From assembly GCA_044226015.1 (NCBI GenBank), contig JBGAHS010000010.1, positions 64,001-128,000 on the forward strand: a stretch of 64,000 nucleotides of DNA, read 5' to 3'. Of the stretch, positions 10,193 to 19,721 are shown in pieces. A program made the position numbers and the translations under genes. The notes below the pieces were generated by a model, which was not told the origin of the DNA, did not search any database, and saw only the letters and a program-made list of their open reading frames with translations. This DNA comes from Candidatus Obscuribacteraceae bacterium (lineage in GTDB: Bacteria; Cyanobacteriota; Vampirovibrionia; Obscuribacterales; Obscuribacteraceae). Within the stretch, counting starts at the first letter, position 1, and each line of letters starts with the position of its first letter.

Positions 10193-10576
10193 ATGAACGA
10201 AATCACGAAGAGAAAGCTATTCCGAGCATCCTGCCATGCGTCAGCTCTCGTTAGCTGGTCAGTTGTAGTTATTGGTTTGCCAATCGCTGTGCTCCTTCTC
10301 ACCGAAGATCAACTCGCTAAAGACAGCGCTAAAGAAGCCTTGAATTTCCAGTTGAATATGATTTTGTTGACTTTCACTGGCGGGATTCTTTGGCACACAT
10401 TCATTGGCATTCCGCTAGCAGTAATTTTGTTTGCCTATGTAGGTATCGTCTCTCTGATTTGTCCCTTGCTCGCAATTATCTCTGTTTGTTCGAGCCCAGA
10501 AAAGGCGTACAGATATCCGCTTACATTCCGCTTCGTTAACAAGGAAGAACCGCCAAAAATCACCGCTACGTTCTAA
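10193..10576 (+). CDS. DUF4870-like membrane protein
   Basis: AKEALNFQL and YRYP motifs with three hydrophobic segments. Confidence 0.75.
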   Translation: MNEITKRKLFRASCHASALVSWSVVVIGLPIAVLLLTEDQLAKDSAKEALNFQLNMILLTFTGGILWHTFIGIPLAVILFAYVGIVSLICPLLAIISVCSSPEKAYRYPLTFRFVNKEEPPKITATF

Positions 10577-11062
10577 TAGTCGAAACAACCAAATGTGCTG
10601 CTGTGCTTATAACCTCCCACAGTACGTTATTGATTGCTCGATTCTACTGCATCAGGCATCGATCGGAATAATCCAAGGAGTCAGTGTGAGTCTGACTAAT
10701 GTTTGAGGTGCTTAGAACTCTGGAACGGCAGACAGAGCCGCGCAGACAGAGCCGCGCAGGCAGAGCCTCATCGCTTGTTGCAACTGGACCCCAAACAAGT
10801 TCAATTTTGAGCCAAAATCGGCCCGAAGGTCCAAGCTCTAATGCGCAAAGACCACCGACATTTGGCGGAAATCCCTGCTCTTCGCAGAACCGACTATTTC
10901 TAACTTTCAGTCTTTTGGGGGGGAGAATACGAAATCTTTTGACTCAGCTAACAAAACTGCCACAATTCAAACCCATAATTCCATTATTGTGAATCATATT
11001 TCAGATTCGCGTTAAAGCTTGCTATATGGGCAGGCTCGTCGTTTTGTTTCTCCTGGTGATTA

Positions 11063-11647
11063 ATGCCAAAATTCTCTTACCAAGCTCTTTTGTTAGTTGC
11101 TCTACTGTCGTTTCAGGTTGAAGCTCAAGCGGCACCAGGCTGTAAAAACGATAAGAATGAAGTCCTTGTATCAACAGAGAAAAACAAGTTTGGGCATAAA
11201 TCGCTAAAGGCTAGCATTAAGATCAATGCTTCGCCAAAACTTGTGTGGGAGGCTATTACGGCGCATCGAGAATCGGATCCCGATGTAGCATTTAGCAAAA
11301 TTACCTGTATTTCTGAAAACGAAAAGGTCCTTGAACAGAAATATGTGTCGCTTCCTGTTCTAGGCGCCACAACCTGTACGCTCCACCTGAACGAAGATTT
11401 GTACAAACGAATAGACTATCGCCTCACAAAGTCAGACAGAATCAGTGCTTTTGAAGGAAGCTGGATTCTCAGTTCGCAGGATGGCGACTCCACAGAGCTA
11501 GAGCTGTCTAATCATTTGAAGTTGCATATGCCGATTCCTCAAAAGATAGTGGATGCATTCAGTGCTCCCAAGCTGAAAGCCAGGTTAGCTCATGTGAAGC
11601 AGCTCGCCGAAGCGAAGCGTCAATCCCAGATTGCGTCGAGGGATTGA
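11063..11647 (+). CDS. Secreted SRPBCC/polyketide cyclase-like protein
   Basis: Signal peptide; ASIKINASPKLVWEAI and FEGSW patterns typical of START/SRPBCC folds. Confidence 0.65.
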   Translation: MPKFSYQALLLVALLSFQVEAQAAPGCKNDKNEVLVSTEKNKFGHKSLKASIKINASPKLVWEAITAHRESDPDVAFSKITCISENEKVLEQKYVSLPVLGATTCTLHLNEDLYKRIDYRLTKSDRISAFEGSWILSSQDGDSTELELSNHLKLHMPIPQKIVDAFSAPKLKARLAHVKQLAEAKRQSQIASRD

Positions 11648-11753
11648 GATATGAGACCTTTGTGCATATCAGGCATCTATTGCATATCATTTGTTTCCGA
11701 ATCGTTGGATGCGGCTCTTGACGCCAGTACTTTTTACACAGGAGACGATTGAA

Positions 11754-12077
11754 ATGCAGTTACCGTCGGCATTTAACACGCCTGAACTTTATAAAGGGAC
11801 CGACATCCCGTCGATACTGGCTGAAGAACTGCGTAAGAAAGAGGATAAGAACCTGTCTATAGGCGCCGATAAAGAGCGAATTTTGACCGGCTTTAGTTTG
11901 GGCGAAACTGTGAAAATCTCGCAAGCCCAGCATCTGCGCAGGTCACCTTTTGAGACTGTAGCTAAAGCGGAAAGTGAATATGATCTTTTTCCAGAGGTCT
12001 CCAACCAATCATACATTCAAGTAAGAAGTTCTCCGGCGAGTGCGTGCAGTCCTGATTTGGATATCGTTGAATTCTGA
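11754..12077 (+). CDS. Hypothetical protein
   Basis: ORF with SD-like aggag upstream of ATG 11754; no recognised motif. Confidence 0.4.
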   Translation: MQLPSAFNTPELYKGTDIPSILAEELRKKEDKNLSIGADKERILTGFSLGETVKISQAQHLRRSPFETVAKAESEYDLFPEVSNQSYIQVRSSPASACSPDLDIVEF

Positions 12078-12312
12078 GTCTTTAAGATCGTGAATTCTGA
12101 GGCTTTGGTATAGCAGAGGCTTTGGTATATCGTGAATTCTGGGTGGATGCAGAGATTGTTAATTTCGTCCGCTGCAAAATCGAATAGATGGGGTGCCAAT
12201 TCCTACTGGACCTGACTGCTTACTGTATGTTTCTATCTGCAATGTCTTTGGATGCCGATGATTCTGAGTCTTAAGATCGTGAATTCTGAGTCTTAAGATC
12301 GTGAATTCTGAG
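12062..12312 (+). repeat. Dispersed and tandem short repeats built on gatcgtgaattctgag
   Basis: Several copies at about 12062-12140 and 12260-12312. Confidence 0.6.
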
Positions 12313-12489
12313 GTTTTCGTTGTGTTAATGTGCGATTTGAATTAGGTAATTGATTATTTTGAGCGGGTTTTCGTTGTGAGATTGAATTCGACAACGTAAG
12401 ATTCTGAATTAGTGATTGACTTCGAATTCGAAGTCGTTGCGTATCATTGTGGAGTGATTTTGATATTGTTGAATGCGGGTGACGATTCT

Positions 12490-12903
12490 GCTGCCAGTCT
12501 AGAGTATCCGGTGAGACGCCAGTAGCGTTAGCTGCTAGTCTAGAGTATCCAGTTGCGCCATCAGCGTTAGCTGCTAGTCTAGAGTATCCAGTTGCGCCAT
12601 CAGCGTTAGCTGCTAGTCTAGAGTATCCGGTGAGACGCCAGTAGCGTTAGCTGCTAGTCTAGAGTATCCGGTGAGACGACAGTGGCGTTAGCTGCTAGTC
12701 TAGAGTATCCGGTGAGACGCCAGTAGCGTTAGCTGCTAGTCTAGAGTATCCGGTGAGACGCCAGTAGCGTTAGCTGCTAGTCTCGAGTATCCGTGTGTGG
12801 CGCCTGCAGCGTTATCTACTAGTCTCGAGTATCCGTGTGTGGCGCCTGCAGCGTTATCTACTAGTCTGGAGTATCCAGTGGGCGCCTGCAGTGCTAGCTA
12901 GTC
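12490..12903 (+). repeat. Tandem array, 39-42-bp unit x about 10
   Basis: Unit gctgctagtctagagtatccggtgagacgccagtagcgtta at 12490, 12531, 12570, 12609, 12650 and onward. Confidence 0.92.
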
Positions 12904-12950
12904 ATCGGCACGTGCTAAAATTTAGAGTTCCTTCCGGGGTACCCTTCTGT

Positions 12951-13964
12951 ATGCGAATTGGACTCTTTTCTGTAGCAGACCATTATCCGGCAGAAGTTCC
13001 CAGAGAGCTGGCGGAATTCTATAACGAGCTTGAAGAGCAGGCGCGACTGGCTGAAGAAATGGGATTCTATTCGTTCTGGATAGCAGAACACCATTTCCAT
13101 GAGTATGGCGCCGTGCCACGTCCATCAATACTTCTCTCTGTAATTGGTGCGAAAACTAAGGTGATCAAATTGGGATCCGCAGTGGCGGTGCTACCTTTTG
13201 ATAATCCACTTCGCGCTGCAGAGGATTTTGCGATGTTAGACATCATTTCCGGTGGGCGGCTTGAACTTGGTGTCGGCTCAGGATACTTACAGCACGAATT
13301 TGAGGGTTTTGGGATCGATGTACAAGAACGCCGCGAGCGCTTCGATGAATCGCTGTCTATAATTCGTTGCGCCTGGCTGGGCGAACCCTTTTCCGCTGCT
13401 GGAAAATTCTTCACCGTGAATAACGTCAAATTGAACGTGCAGCCGATGAATCCAGAATCCGTCCCCATTTTTATTGCTGTGCTCAGGAATGAGACCGCTA
13501 AATTTGTGGGGCGCCAAAAGTTTGGGATGATGATGATACCCTATGCGACTACTGAACGCATCGAAGAGCTTGCGGATACCTGCGCGATTTACAGATCTGA
13601 ATTCGCCGCCAATGGTGGTGCACCAGAAAATGCGCGTATACAATTTGGGTTGCACTGCTATTGTGCACCCACTACTGAAGAGGCAAGAACATTCGCTCGA
13701 CCATACATGGATCGTTACGTTCGAACACGACTGTACGCAAAACAGCGTTGTTTTGATGAATTGATTGACAAAAACCTAATAGCTGTTGGAGATCCCGAAG
13801 AGGTTTTGCGGGTTGCTCGACTTTACGAGAAGGCTGGTCTGACCGACTTTTTGATGCTTATGAACTTTGGTGGCTTACCTCATGAGCAGGTTAAGGAATC
13901 GATTCGTCTGATTGGCGCTGAGGTTATTCCGCGAATGAAGACCTCTCAAGCTGTTCCGCAGTAA
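12951..13964 (+). CDS. LLM-class (luciferase-like) flavin-dependent oxidoreductase
   Basis: MRIGLF, AEEMGFYSFWIAEHH, NPLRAAEDFAMLDIISGGRLELGVGSG; start moved to ATG 12951 because the upstream extension is repeat-derived. Confidence 0.9.
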   Translation: MRIGLFSVADHYPAEVPRELAEFYNELEEQARLAEEMGFYSFWIAEHHFHEYGAVPRPSILLSVIGAKTKVIKLGSAVAVLPFDNPLRAAEDFAMLDIISGGRLELGVGSGYLQHEFEGFGIDVQERRERFDESLSIIRCAWLGEPFSAAGKFFTVNNVKLNVQPMNPESVPIFIAVLRNETAKFVGRQKFGMMMIPYATTERIEELADTCAIYRSEFAANGGAPENARIQFGLHCYCAPTTEEARTFARPYMDRYVRTRLYAKQRCFDELIDKNLIAVGDPEEVLRVARLYEKAGLTDFLMLMNFGGLPHEQVKESIRLIGAEVIPRMKTSQAVPQ

Positions 13965-13972
13965 TAATATTT

Positions 13973-14908
13973 ATGATTATGCGATTTGTTTTCTTGTGCC
14001 GCATGCTAGCCACAGTGTTTCTTATGTTTTTCTTGCTGCCATCGCTATGTTGTGCATCCAATTTAGATTCAATCCAGCTCGGAACTGCAAACATAGTGAT
14101 TCGTTATGATGGAAGATTTCCGGCATCAACCAAGAATTTTGTAAAACGGTGGGTTTCGGACTCGGCTAAAGCTGTGTCCCAGTATTATGGAAAATTTCCC
14201 GTTAAAGCATGCACTGTTTTACTTCATGCCACTGCCGATGATGGCATCGGTGTTGCCAGTGCGGAGTTTCAAGATGGAAAAGTGGTAGTGGATGTTCCTC
14301 TAGGCGTAAACACTGACGAAAGTACATTTAGTGAGGACTGGATACTAACTCATGAATTAGTGCACCTCGCTTTTCCACTCGTTTGGGACAAAGATCGATG
14401 GCTTGTTGAAGGGATGGCGACCTACATTGAACCCTTAGCGCGTATGCAAATAGGGAAGCTCCCAGCAAAGAGTGTCTGGTCAGATATGTATTTTCGATGC
14501 CCCTCGGGTTTGGCTAGAAATTCCTCAGAGAGTCTTTCACAGAGTCGACGGATTGACCGATTGTATTGGGGCGGAGCGACGTTTTGTCTTTTGCTCGATT
14601 TGGAACTCCGAAGGCAAAGCAATAACAAGTATGGATTACAGAGAGCCCTTTCGATAATCACTAATTCTGGTATCAACTTCAATTCGGATATGGAGCCCAG
14701 GGATGCTCTAGCTGTAGCAGATAAGGCTTTGGGCACGCGGACGCTGGTTGAATTTTATGATCGCTACTCTAATTCTAGTGCGCGGCCCGATTTGAAGAAG
14801 TTATTTTCGGACCTGGGTGTGCTTCCTCTAGGCAAAGAGGTTCGATTTGACGACAGTGCTCCATTAGCGAAAGTTCGAATGCTAATTAACAGCGGAGAGC
14901 AGGATTAG
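13973..14908 (+). CDS. Secreted gluzincin-type zinc metallopeptidase
   Basis: HELVH followed by WLVEGMATY; hydrophobic N-terminus. Confidence 0.7.
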   Translation: MIMRFVFLCRMLATVFLMFFLLPSLCCASNLDSIQLGTANIVIRYDGRFPASTKNFVKRWVSDSAKAVSQYYGKFPVKACTVLLHATADDGIGVASAEFQDGKVVVDVPLGVNTDESTFSEDWILTHELVHLAFPLVWDKDRWLVEGMATYIEPLARMQIGKLPAKSVWSDMYFRCPSGLARNSSESLSQSRRIDRLYWGGATFCLLLDLELRRQSNNKYGLQRALSIITNSGINFNSDMEPRDALAVADKALGTRTLVEFYDRYSNSSARPDLKKLFSDLGVLPLGKEVRFDDSAPLAKVRMLINSGEQD

Positions 14909-15008
14909 AATTTCCTATTCTGACGTGCATTTTTTTTGAACGGGTGTATCACAGAGTTATACGTTATGATATATTGGAAATGGTTTTCATTTCGGATTCG
15001 GGCTTGGC

Positions 15009-15392
15009 ATGAATAAACCTCTTAGCAATTGCATTATTGGGCTGTCGGCACTTATGCTTGTTAATTTTGCAGCTTTTCCTGGGGCTGCCAAGGAGTATTC
15101 CATTGGCATGAGTCACGAATCGAAGATGGTCAACGCTAAGGTCGTTGAGTCTCCCGAGCCTGAAATTCCTTCAGAGTTTCAAGATGAGGCGTTTTCTTCT
15201 GTTGTCACCGCACGGTTTAGAATCCAGTCAGATGGATCTTTTACTGTTGCCCTTATCGAACGCAGTGGCAACGAAGAAATTGACCGTATCGTGCTTAAAA
15301 CGCTGCGTAAGTGGAAATTCCAAGCTGCGACACTGGATGATCAACCAATTGCTTCGACACGAAAAATCCGTGTTGAGATTGAAGTTGAGTAA
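15009..15392 (+). CDS. TonB C-terminal domain protein
   Basis: RSGNEEIDRIVLKTLRKWKFQAA is typical of TonB_C; N-terminal hydrophobic segment. Confidence 0.75.
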   Translation: MNKPLSNCIIGLSALMLVNFAAFPGAAKEYSIGMSHESKMVNAKVVESPEPEIPSEFQDEAFSSVVTARFRIQSDGSFTVALIERSGNEEIDRIVLKTLRKWKFQAATLDDQPIASTRKIRVEIEVE

Positions 15393-15401
15393 GTGTTCTC
15401 G

Positions 15402-15780
15402 GAAAAACGAGAAGCGATAGCTGTTCGCAGAAAAACGAGAAGCGATAGCTGTTCGCGAAAAACGAGAAGCGATAGCTGTTCGCGAAAACGAGAAGCGATA
15501 GCTGTTCGCAGAAAAACGTGAAGCGATAGCTGTTCGCAGAAAAACGTGAAGCGATAGCTGTTCGCGAAAACGAGAAGCGATAGCTGTTCGCGAAAAACGT
15601 GAAGCGATAGCTGTTCGCAGAAAAACGTGAAGCGATAGCTGTTCGCGAAAACGAGAAGCGATAGCTGTTCGCGAAAAACGTGAAGCGATAGCTGTTCGCA
15701 GAAAAACGAGAAGCGATAGCTGTTCGCGGAAAACGTGAAGCGATAGCTGTTCGCGGAAAACGTGAAGCGACAGCTGTTCG
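15402..15780 (+). repeat. Tandem array, 26-28-bp unit x14, minimal core of the GCGAAGCGATAGC element
   Basis: gaaaaacg(a/t)gaagcgatagctgttcgc(a) head-to-tail between convergent genes. Confidence 0.95.
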
Positions 15781-15815
15781 GGTGGACTCTAGTCTTAACG
15801 AACTAGTATATTTCG

Positions 15816-17309
15816 TTAGTCCGGATCGAGTTGCCTAAGCATGTAGGCTGACATTGCTTGCGCAAGACAATTGCCCTTTTCCACCGCCATCGCTTCTTTA
15901 AAGTATTTGCGCTTCTCTTCTTGGTCTTGGGTGAGGATAGCTACGTCCCTCAGAATTCTCGATTTTACATCAGGTTCATCAGCCAACTCAGCACCTTTTT
16001 TAAAAGCAGCTAGAGCTGCGTCGTTGTTTTTTGATTCAGCAAACATTTTGCCGATTCGCCAGTGTGCCTCTGCAAAGTGAGGATATTTTTCAGCGATCGC
16101 TTTGCAGGTTTCCAATCTTTCTTCTACAGGTATTTGCTCATTGTTCGCTTCATAGACAACCATGCAGGCGTCATGATCCATCTTTCCTTCATTCAGCTGT
16201 TTTGCAAGCCAGAGGTCTGAGCGAGATGTTTCGAATCCGGGGCATAATTTTTCAACTTCGTCAAGGTCGTCGATAGCTTCAGCGTATCTCCGTCCTGCTA
16301 GCTTGATATTCCCTGCCATGTATTTTGGTTGAGGACTGTAAGGATCAAGCTGCATGGCTTGTTCAAATACTTTCAGTGCTTCTTCGTAGTTTCCTTGTTG
16401 TGTAAGTTCTCTTCCTTCCCAGCACTTCTGCGAGCACAGGACAAGTTCCAACCTATTGCGCACAAATATAAATTCTACACGCTCACCATGTACCTTTGGA
16501 ATTTCATCTAATTCAAAAAGTTCATCGCCAATTTTCAAAACCACTCTGTGTAAAGGCTCATTCTCTGCGCTGCGGGCATGGTGCCTCCAATTGCTTGATG
16601 TTACCAGCTCGCCTCTATCGTATGCTTTGTTGGCTATAGTATCTGCATGAGCAGCAGCTTTTTTTGAATCACCCTTGTATCGACTTATCTCGTACAAATT
16701 GTGTAAATAGGCTATGCTGGCCTCGTAGTCGCCTTGCATGGTTGTGCATTGCAGAGCTTTTTCGACGTATTCAGAGGCTTTATCCATTTCTCCTTTTTGA
16801 AAGTAGCACTCACCAAGAAATCCCAACGTGAGAGGGAGGAATTTATCTACACCTGCTCCTGAAACTCCGCTTGCCAGATCGAGGCATTGCTCAAGAAGTG
16901 GAATTGCCTCGAGGAATTTCAACTCCTGTTGCATGAGTCCCTTACAGTGCCCGAGTTGTTCTTGCCACTTTTTGCTGTATTCAGAGTCGTCGATGCCTGT
17001 GAGCATGGTCATCAGCTCACCTTTTCCTCTTTGTTTTTGAAAATAGGAGGCAATGACCATCAAACAGTAGGCATATTTGCGCATTGCATCTTTGTCTTGC
17101 TGAATTTCATCAGGAGCTTTTTTCCAATCACTGAAAGCTCTTAAAATTTGAGGCTCGAATTCCTGACAGAGCAATTCAAATTCAGTGAAATGGTTGCGGT
17201 CTATGCAATCGAAAACTTGTGCCTTCAATTCCTCGAAATTCAAGGTGTTTGTGGGCGCTGACGGTTTCTTTTCTGTGTTTTTTTTGCTGAAAAAATCCAG
17301 AATGCCCAT
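15816..17309 (-). CDS. Tetratricopeptide-repeat protein
   Basis: Multiple TPR-like segments (LGECYFQKGEMDKA, GNYEEALKVFEQAMQLDP). Confidence 0.75.
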   Translation of the reverse strand: MGILDFFSKKNTEKKPSAPTNTLNFEELKAQVFDCIDRNHFTEFELLCQEFEPQILRAFSDWKKAPDEIQQDKDAMRKYAYCLMVIASYFQKQRGKGELMTMLTGIDDSEYSKKWQEQLGHCKGLMQQELKFLEAIPLLEQCLDLASGVSGAGVDKFLPLTLGFLGECYFQKGEMDKASEYVEKALQCTTMQGDYEASIAYLHNLYEISRYKGDSKKAAAHADTIANKAYDRGELVTSSNWRHHARSAENEPLHRVVLKIGDELFELDEIPKVHGERVEFIFVRNRLELVLCSQKCWEGRELTQQGNYEEALKVFEQAMQLDPYSPQPKYMAGNIKLAGRRYAEAIDDLDEVEKLCPGFETSRSDLWLAKQLNEGKMDHDACMVVYEANNEQIPVEERLETCKAIAEKYPHFAEAHWRIGKMFAESKNNDAALAAFKKGAELADEPDVKSRILRDVAILTQDQEEKRKYFKEAMAVEKGNCLAQAMSAYMLRQLDPD

Positions 17310-17554
17310 TCTCGGATGCTCCTCTTGCAGACTGCTTCTTGTTAGGATGACTATAATAACTGATCTCAGGTCCTTTCGCTGTTTTCGCGCCCGATGCGAT
17401 TTGTGAAATATCTATACCTTGGAACAGTCCGTCCCAGGTTCTTGTAGTGTCCTTTGGTTTCACCGAGATGGCTGAGAGCTGCGTGCCAGGTTATGTACCT
17501 GTTCTTTTGAATAACACTCAATTGATGTTCGCACTAGCGAACATCAGCAGTTTC

Positions 17555-17644
17555 GGAACCCACCGACTCGGAACCCACCGACTCGGAACCCACCGACTCG
17601 GAACCCACCGACTCGGAACCCACCGACTCGGAATCCACCGACTC
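17555..17644 (+). repeat. 15-bp tandem repeat x6
   Basis: ggaacccaccgactc; preceded by the perfect hairpin tgatgttcgc-acta-gcgaacatca (17523-17546). Confidence 0.9.
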
Positions 17645-17676
17645 CCTTAATTAACCCAAACAGGACCCAAACAGGA

Positions 17677-17702
17677 AACCCCAGATCCGTCGATCTGGGG
17701 TT
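17677..17702 (-). terminator. Intrinsic-terminator-like hairpin
   Basis: aaccccagatc-cgtc-gatctggggtt (11-bp stem); followed on the minus strand by tcctgttt. Confidence 0.45.
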
Positions 17703-17969
17703 ACAACTGTCGGGGCGAGTTGGGGACTCTATCCCCTGAGAATTTATTCGCCTATTCTGGCAGCATGCCTTCCAGCTTTGTATCGGTTCTAAAGTGGATT
17801 CTGCTTATCCGCTAAATGACCGATCGTTGTTTTGATCTTTGGAAATCCAGGCGAATCATCATCAAATGTGGTCAGTTATTGTCCGTGTAAACAGCCAGCC
17901 GCTGCTCGAAAGCGTATAATGTTGCTTCGTTTGATAATTCAGCAATTGTTGTCAGGCGTTGTGGGTGTA

Positions 17970-19190
17970 ATGAAAACGGATCTTCCGAAAGTATCGATAA
18001 AGAAAGGGCGAGAGTGGCACGTCTCGCGCGGTCACCCCTGGCTATTTTCGGGTGGTATCTCGCAGGCTCCGAAGAAAGTCGAAGCCGGCGATCTGGTGAC
18101 GCTGCTTGACTATGAGGGAAGATTTGTTGCCAACGGATATTTCAATGCGAATTGCGATATAGCAGTCCGTGTGATGAGTCGCGATCCTTCCGAGAAAATT
18201 GATACCGATTATTTTGTTTCTGTAATTAAGTCAGCCTGGCAACTGAGACAGCGTTGTTTTGATTTTTCTCTAACTAACGTGTTTCGTTTGATCAACGCCG
18301 AAGGCGATATGCTGCCTGGTTTTATCGTAGATTATTATGCGGGAATCTTTGTCGTGCAGTGCCATACGGCTGGTGCCGATAAGCTCCTACCATTTTTGAT
18401 TGAAGGTATAGAAAAGACAATCGCTCCAACTGCAATAGTTGTCCGTAATGATGTATCCGCACGTTTGCGCGAAGGGCTTGTGCTAGAGGAACCTCGGGTA
18501 GTCTCAGGGAATTTGCCTCATGAAATTCTAGTGAAGGAAAACGGCCATGTTTTCAATGTAGATATGATCCATGGACAGAAGACGGGATACTTCACTGATC
18601 AGCGAGACAAAAGGCTGGCGTTGGCTGCTTATTCCAAAGGGCTTCCTGACGGATCAAAATTCCTGAACTGTTTCAGTTACACTTGTAGCTTCTCGATTTA
18701 TGTCTCATCTACAAATCAGCGAATCAAGACTGTTAACGTAGATCAATCTGCGTTTGCGTTAGAGCAGGGCAAAAGGAATTTTCAACTCAATTCTCTAACG
18801 ACAGAAAATCATGAATTCATTGAAAACGATGCCTTCGCTTTTCTCGATAGGCAGGCGTCTCTCAATGAGCGGTACGAGATGGTGCTTCTTGATCCGCCAG
18901 CGTTTGCCAAAACTAACAAAGACAAACAAAAGGCCTTGAAGGGTTATGCTAGATTGAATGGAATGGGACTTCGCTTAACAAAGCCGGGCGGAATTCTGGC
19001 ACTTTGTTCTTGTAGTGGAGCTGTCAGCATGTCAGAGTTTTTGGATTGCGTGCGAGATTCTGTGGGTGCGTCAGGCCGGGCCACACAGATTCTGGAGACA
19101 TTCCAACACGGACTAGATCATCCAATCAACATGATGGCACCGGAGTGTGCCTACTTAAAGGTCGTATTCATCCGCGTTTTGGATGGTTGA
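17970..19190 (+). CDS. rlmI: 23S rRNA methyltransferase, RlmI/RlmK-like (PUA domain + class I SAM MTase)
   Basis: GHPWLFS, RLINAEGDMLPG, GQKTGYFTDQR, LLDPPAF, LCSCS, YLK; ATG 17970 chosen as start. Confidence 0.85.
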   Translation: MKTDLPKVSIKKGREWHVSRGHPWLFSGGISQAPKKVEAGDLVTLLDYEGRFVANGYFNANCDIAVRVMSRDPSEKIDTDYFVSVIKSAWQLRQRCFDFSLTNVFRLINAEGDMLPGFIVDYYAGIFVVQCHTAGADKLLPFLIEGIEKTIAPTAIVVRNDVSARLREGLVLEEPRVVSGNLPHEILVKENGHVFNVDMIHGQKTGYFTDQRDKRLALAAYSKGLPDGSKFLNCFSYTCSFSIYVSSTNQRIKTVNVDQSAFALEQGKRNFQLNSLTTENHEFIENDAFAFLDRQASLNERYEMVLLDPPAFAKTNKDKQKALKGYARLNGMGLRLTKPGGILALCSCSGAVSMSEFLDCVRDSVGASGRATQILETFQHGLDHPINMMAPECAYLKVVFIRVLDG

Positions 19191-19322
19191 ATAATCCTGT
19201 TTGTAGTTCGAACTTTGTCAACGCTTCGGACTTTTTGCCCGGGGCGTTTTTGCTGGAACCGTAATGCTCGTTGAACGTCTCAAAAGCCAATCGAACATTG
19301 AGATCAAGAAGGAGTTCTGAGA

Positions 19323-19541
19323 ATGAACACAACATACAGCATGGTGGAAAATCCGGAGACTGGAGCTCTTGAGCCGGTCTCAGTTTGGCAAAGAAAATCG
19401 TTTCAACGGCTGGCGCTGAGCGCTATAGGCTTTGGTTTGGTCGCATCGCTTTGTGGTGCCTTTATTCTTAAAGCTGATGTTGACGATTTACAGAAGAACA
19501 AACTTTCTGTCATCGAAAGCAAAGTAGACCAACTCAAATAG
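19323..19541 (+). CDS. Small single-TM hypothetical protein
   Basis: SD aaggag upstream; one hydrophobic segment. Confidence 0.55.
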   Translation: MNTTYSMVENPETGALEPVSVWQRKSFQRLALSAIGFGLVASLCGAFILKADVDDLQKNKLSVIESKVDQLK

Positions 19542-19600
19542 TTGAAGGCTAGTTGAGTCTGGTGATTTGTAATAGTGTGCCCCTCCCGATAAAAAATGGG

Positions 19601-19644
19601 AACCGCTATCGGTTCACGTCAGATTCCGTGAACCGATAGCGGTT
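19601..19644. repeat. Perfect inverted doublet of the palindromic element (REPIN/BIME-like)
   Basis: aaccgctatcggttcacg (19601-19618), 8-nt spacer, cgtgaaccgatagcggtt (19627-19644). Confidence 0.85.
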
Positions 19645-19721
19645 TATATTTTGAGCAGTGAAGCACAAAATTCGAGCCTCTCAACGAAGCTCGATTCAAA
19701 ATATATCTCTTCTAAGTTCTA

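Noticed and set aside
12795..12950. N-terminal extensions in the ORF track (also 17832, 24878, 37588, 46116)
   Set aside because: They run through repeats or non-conserved leader DNA; downstream ATGs match family N-termini or have better SDs.
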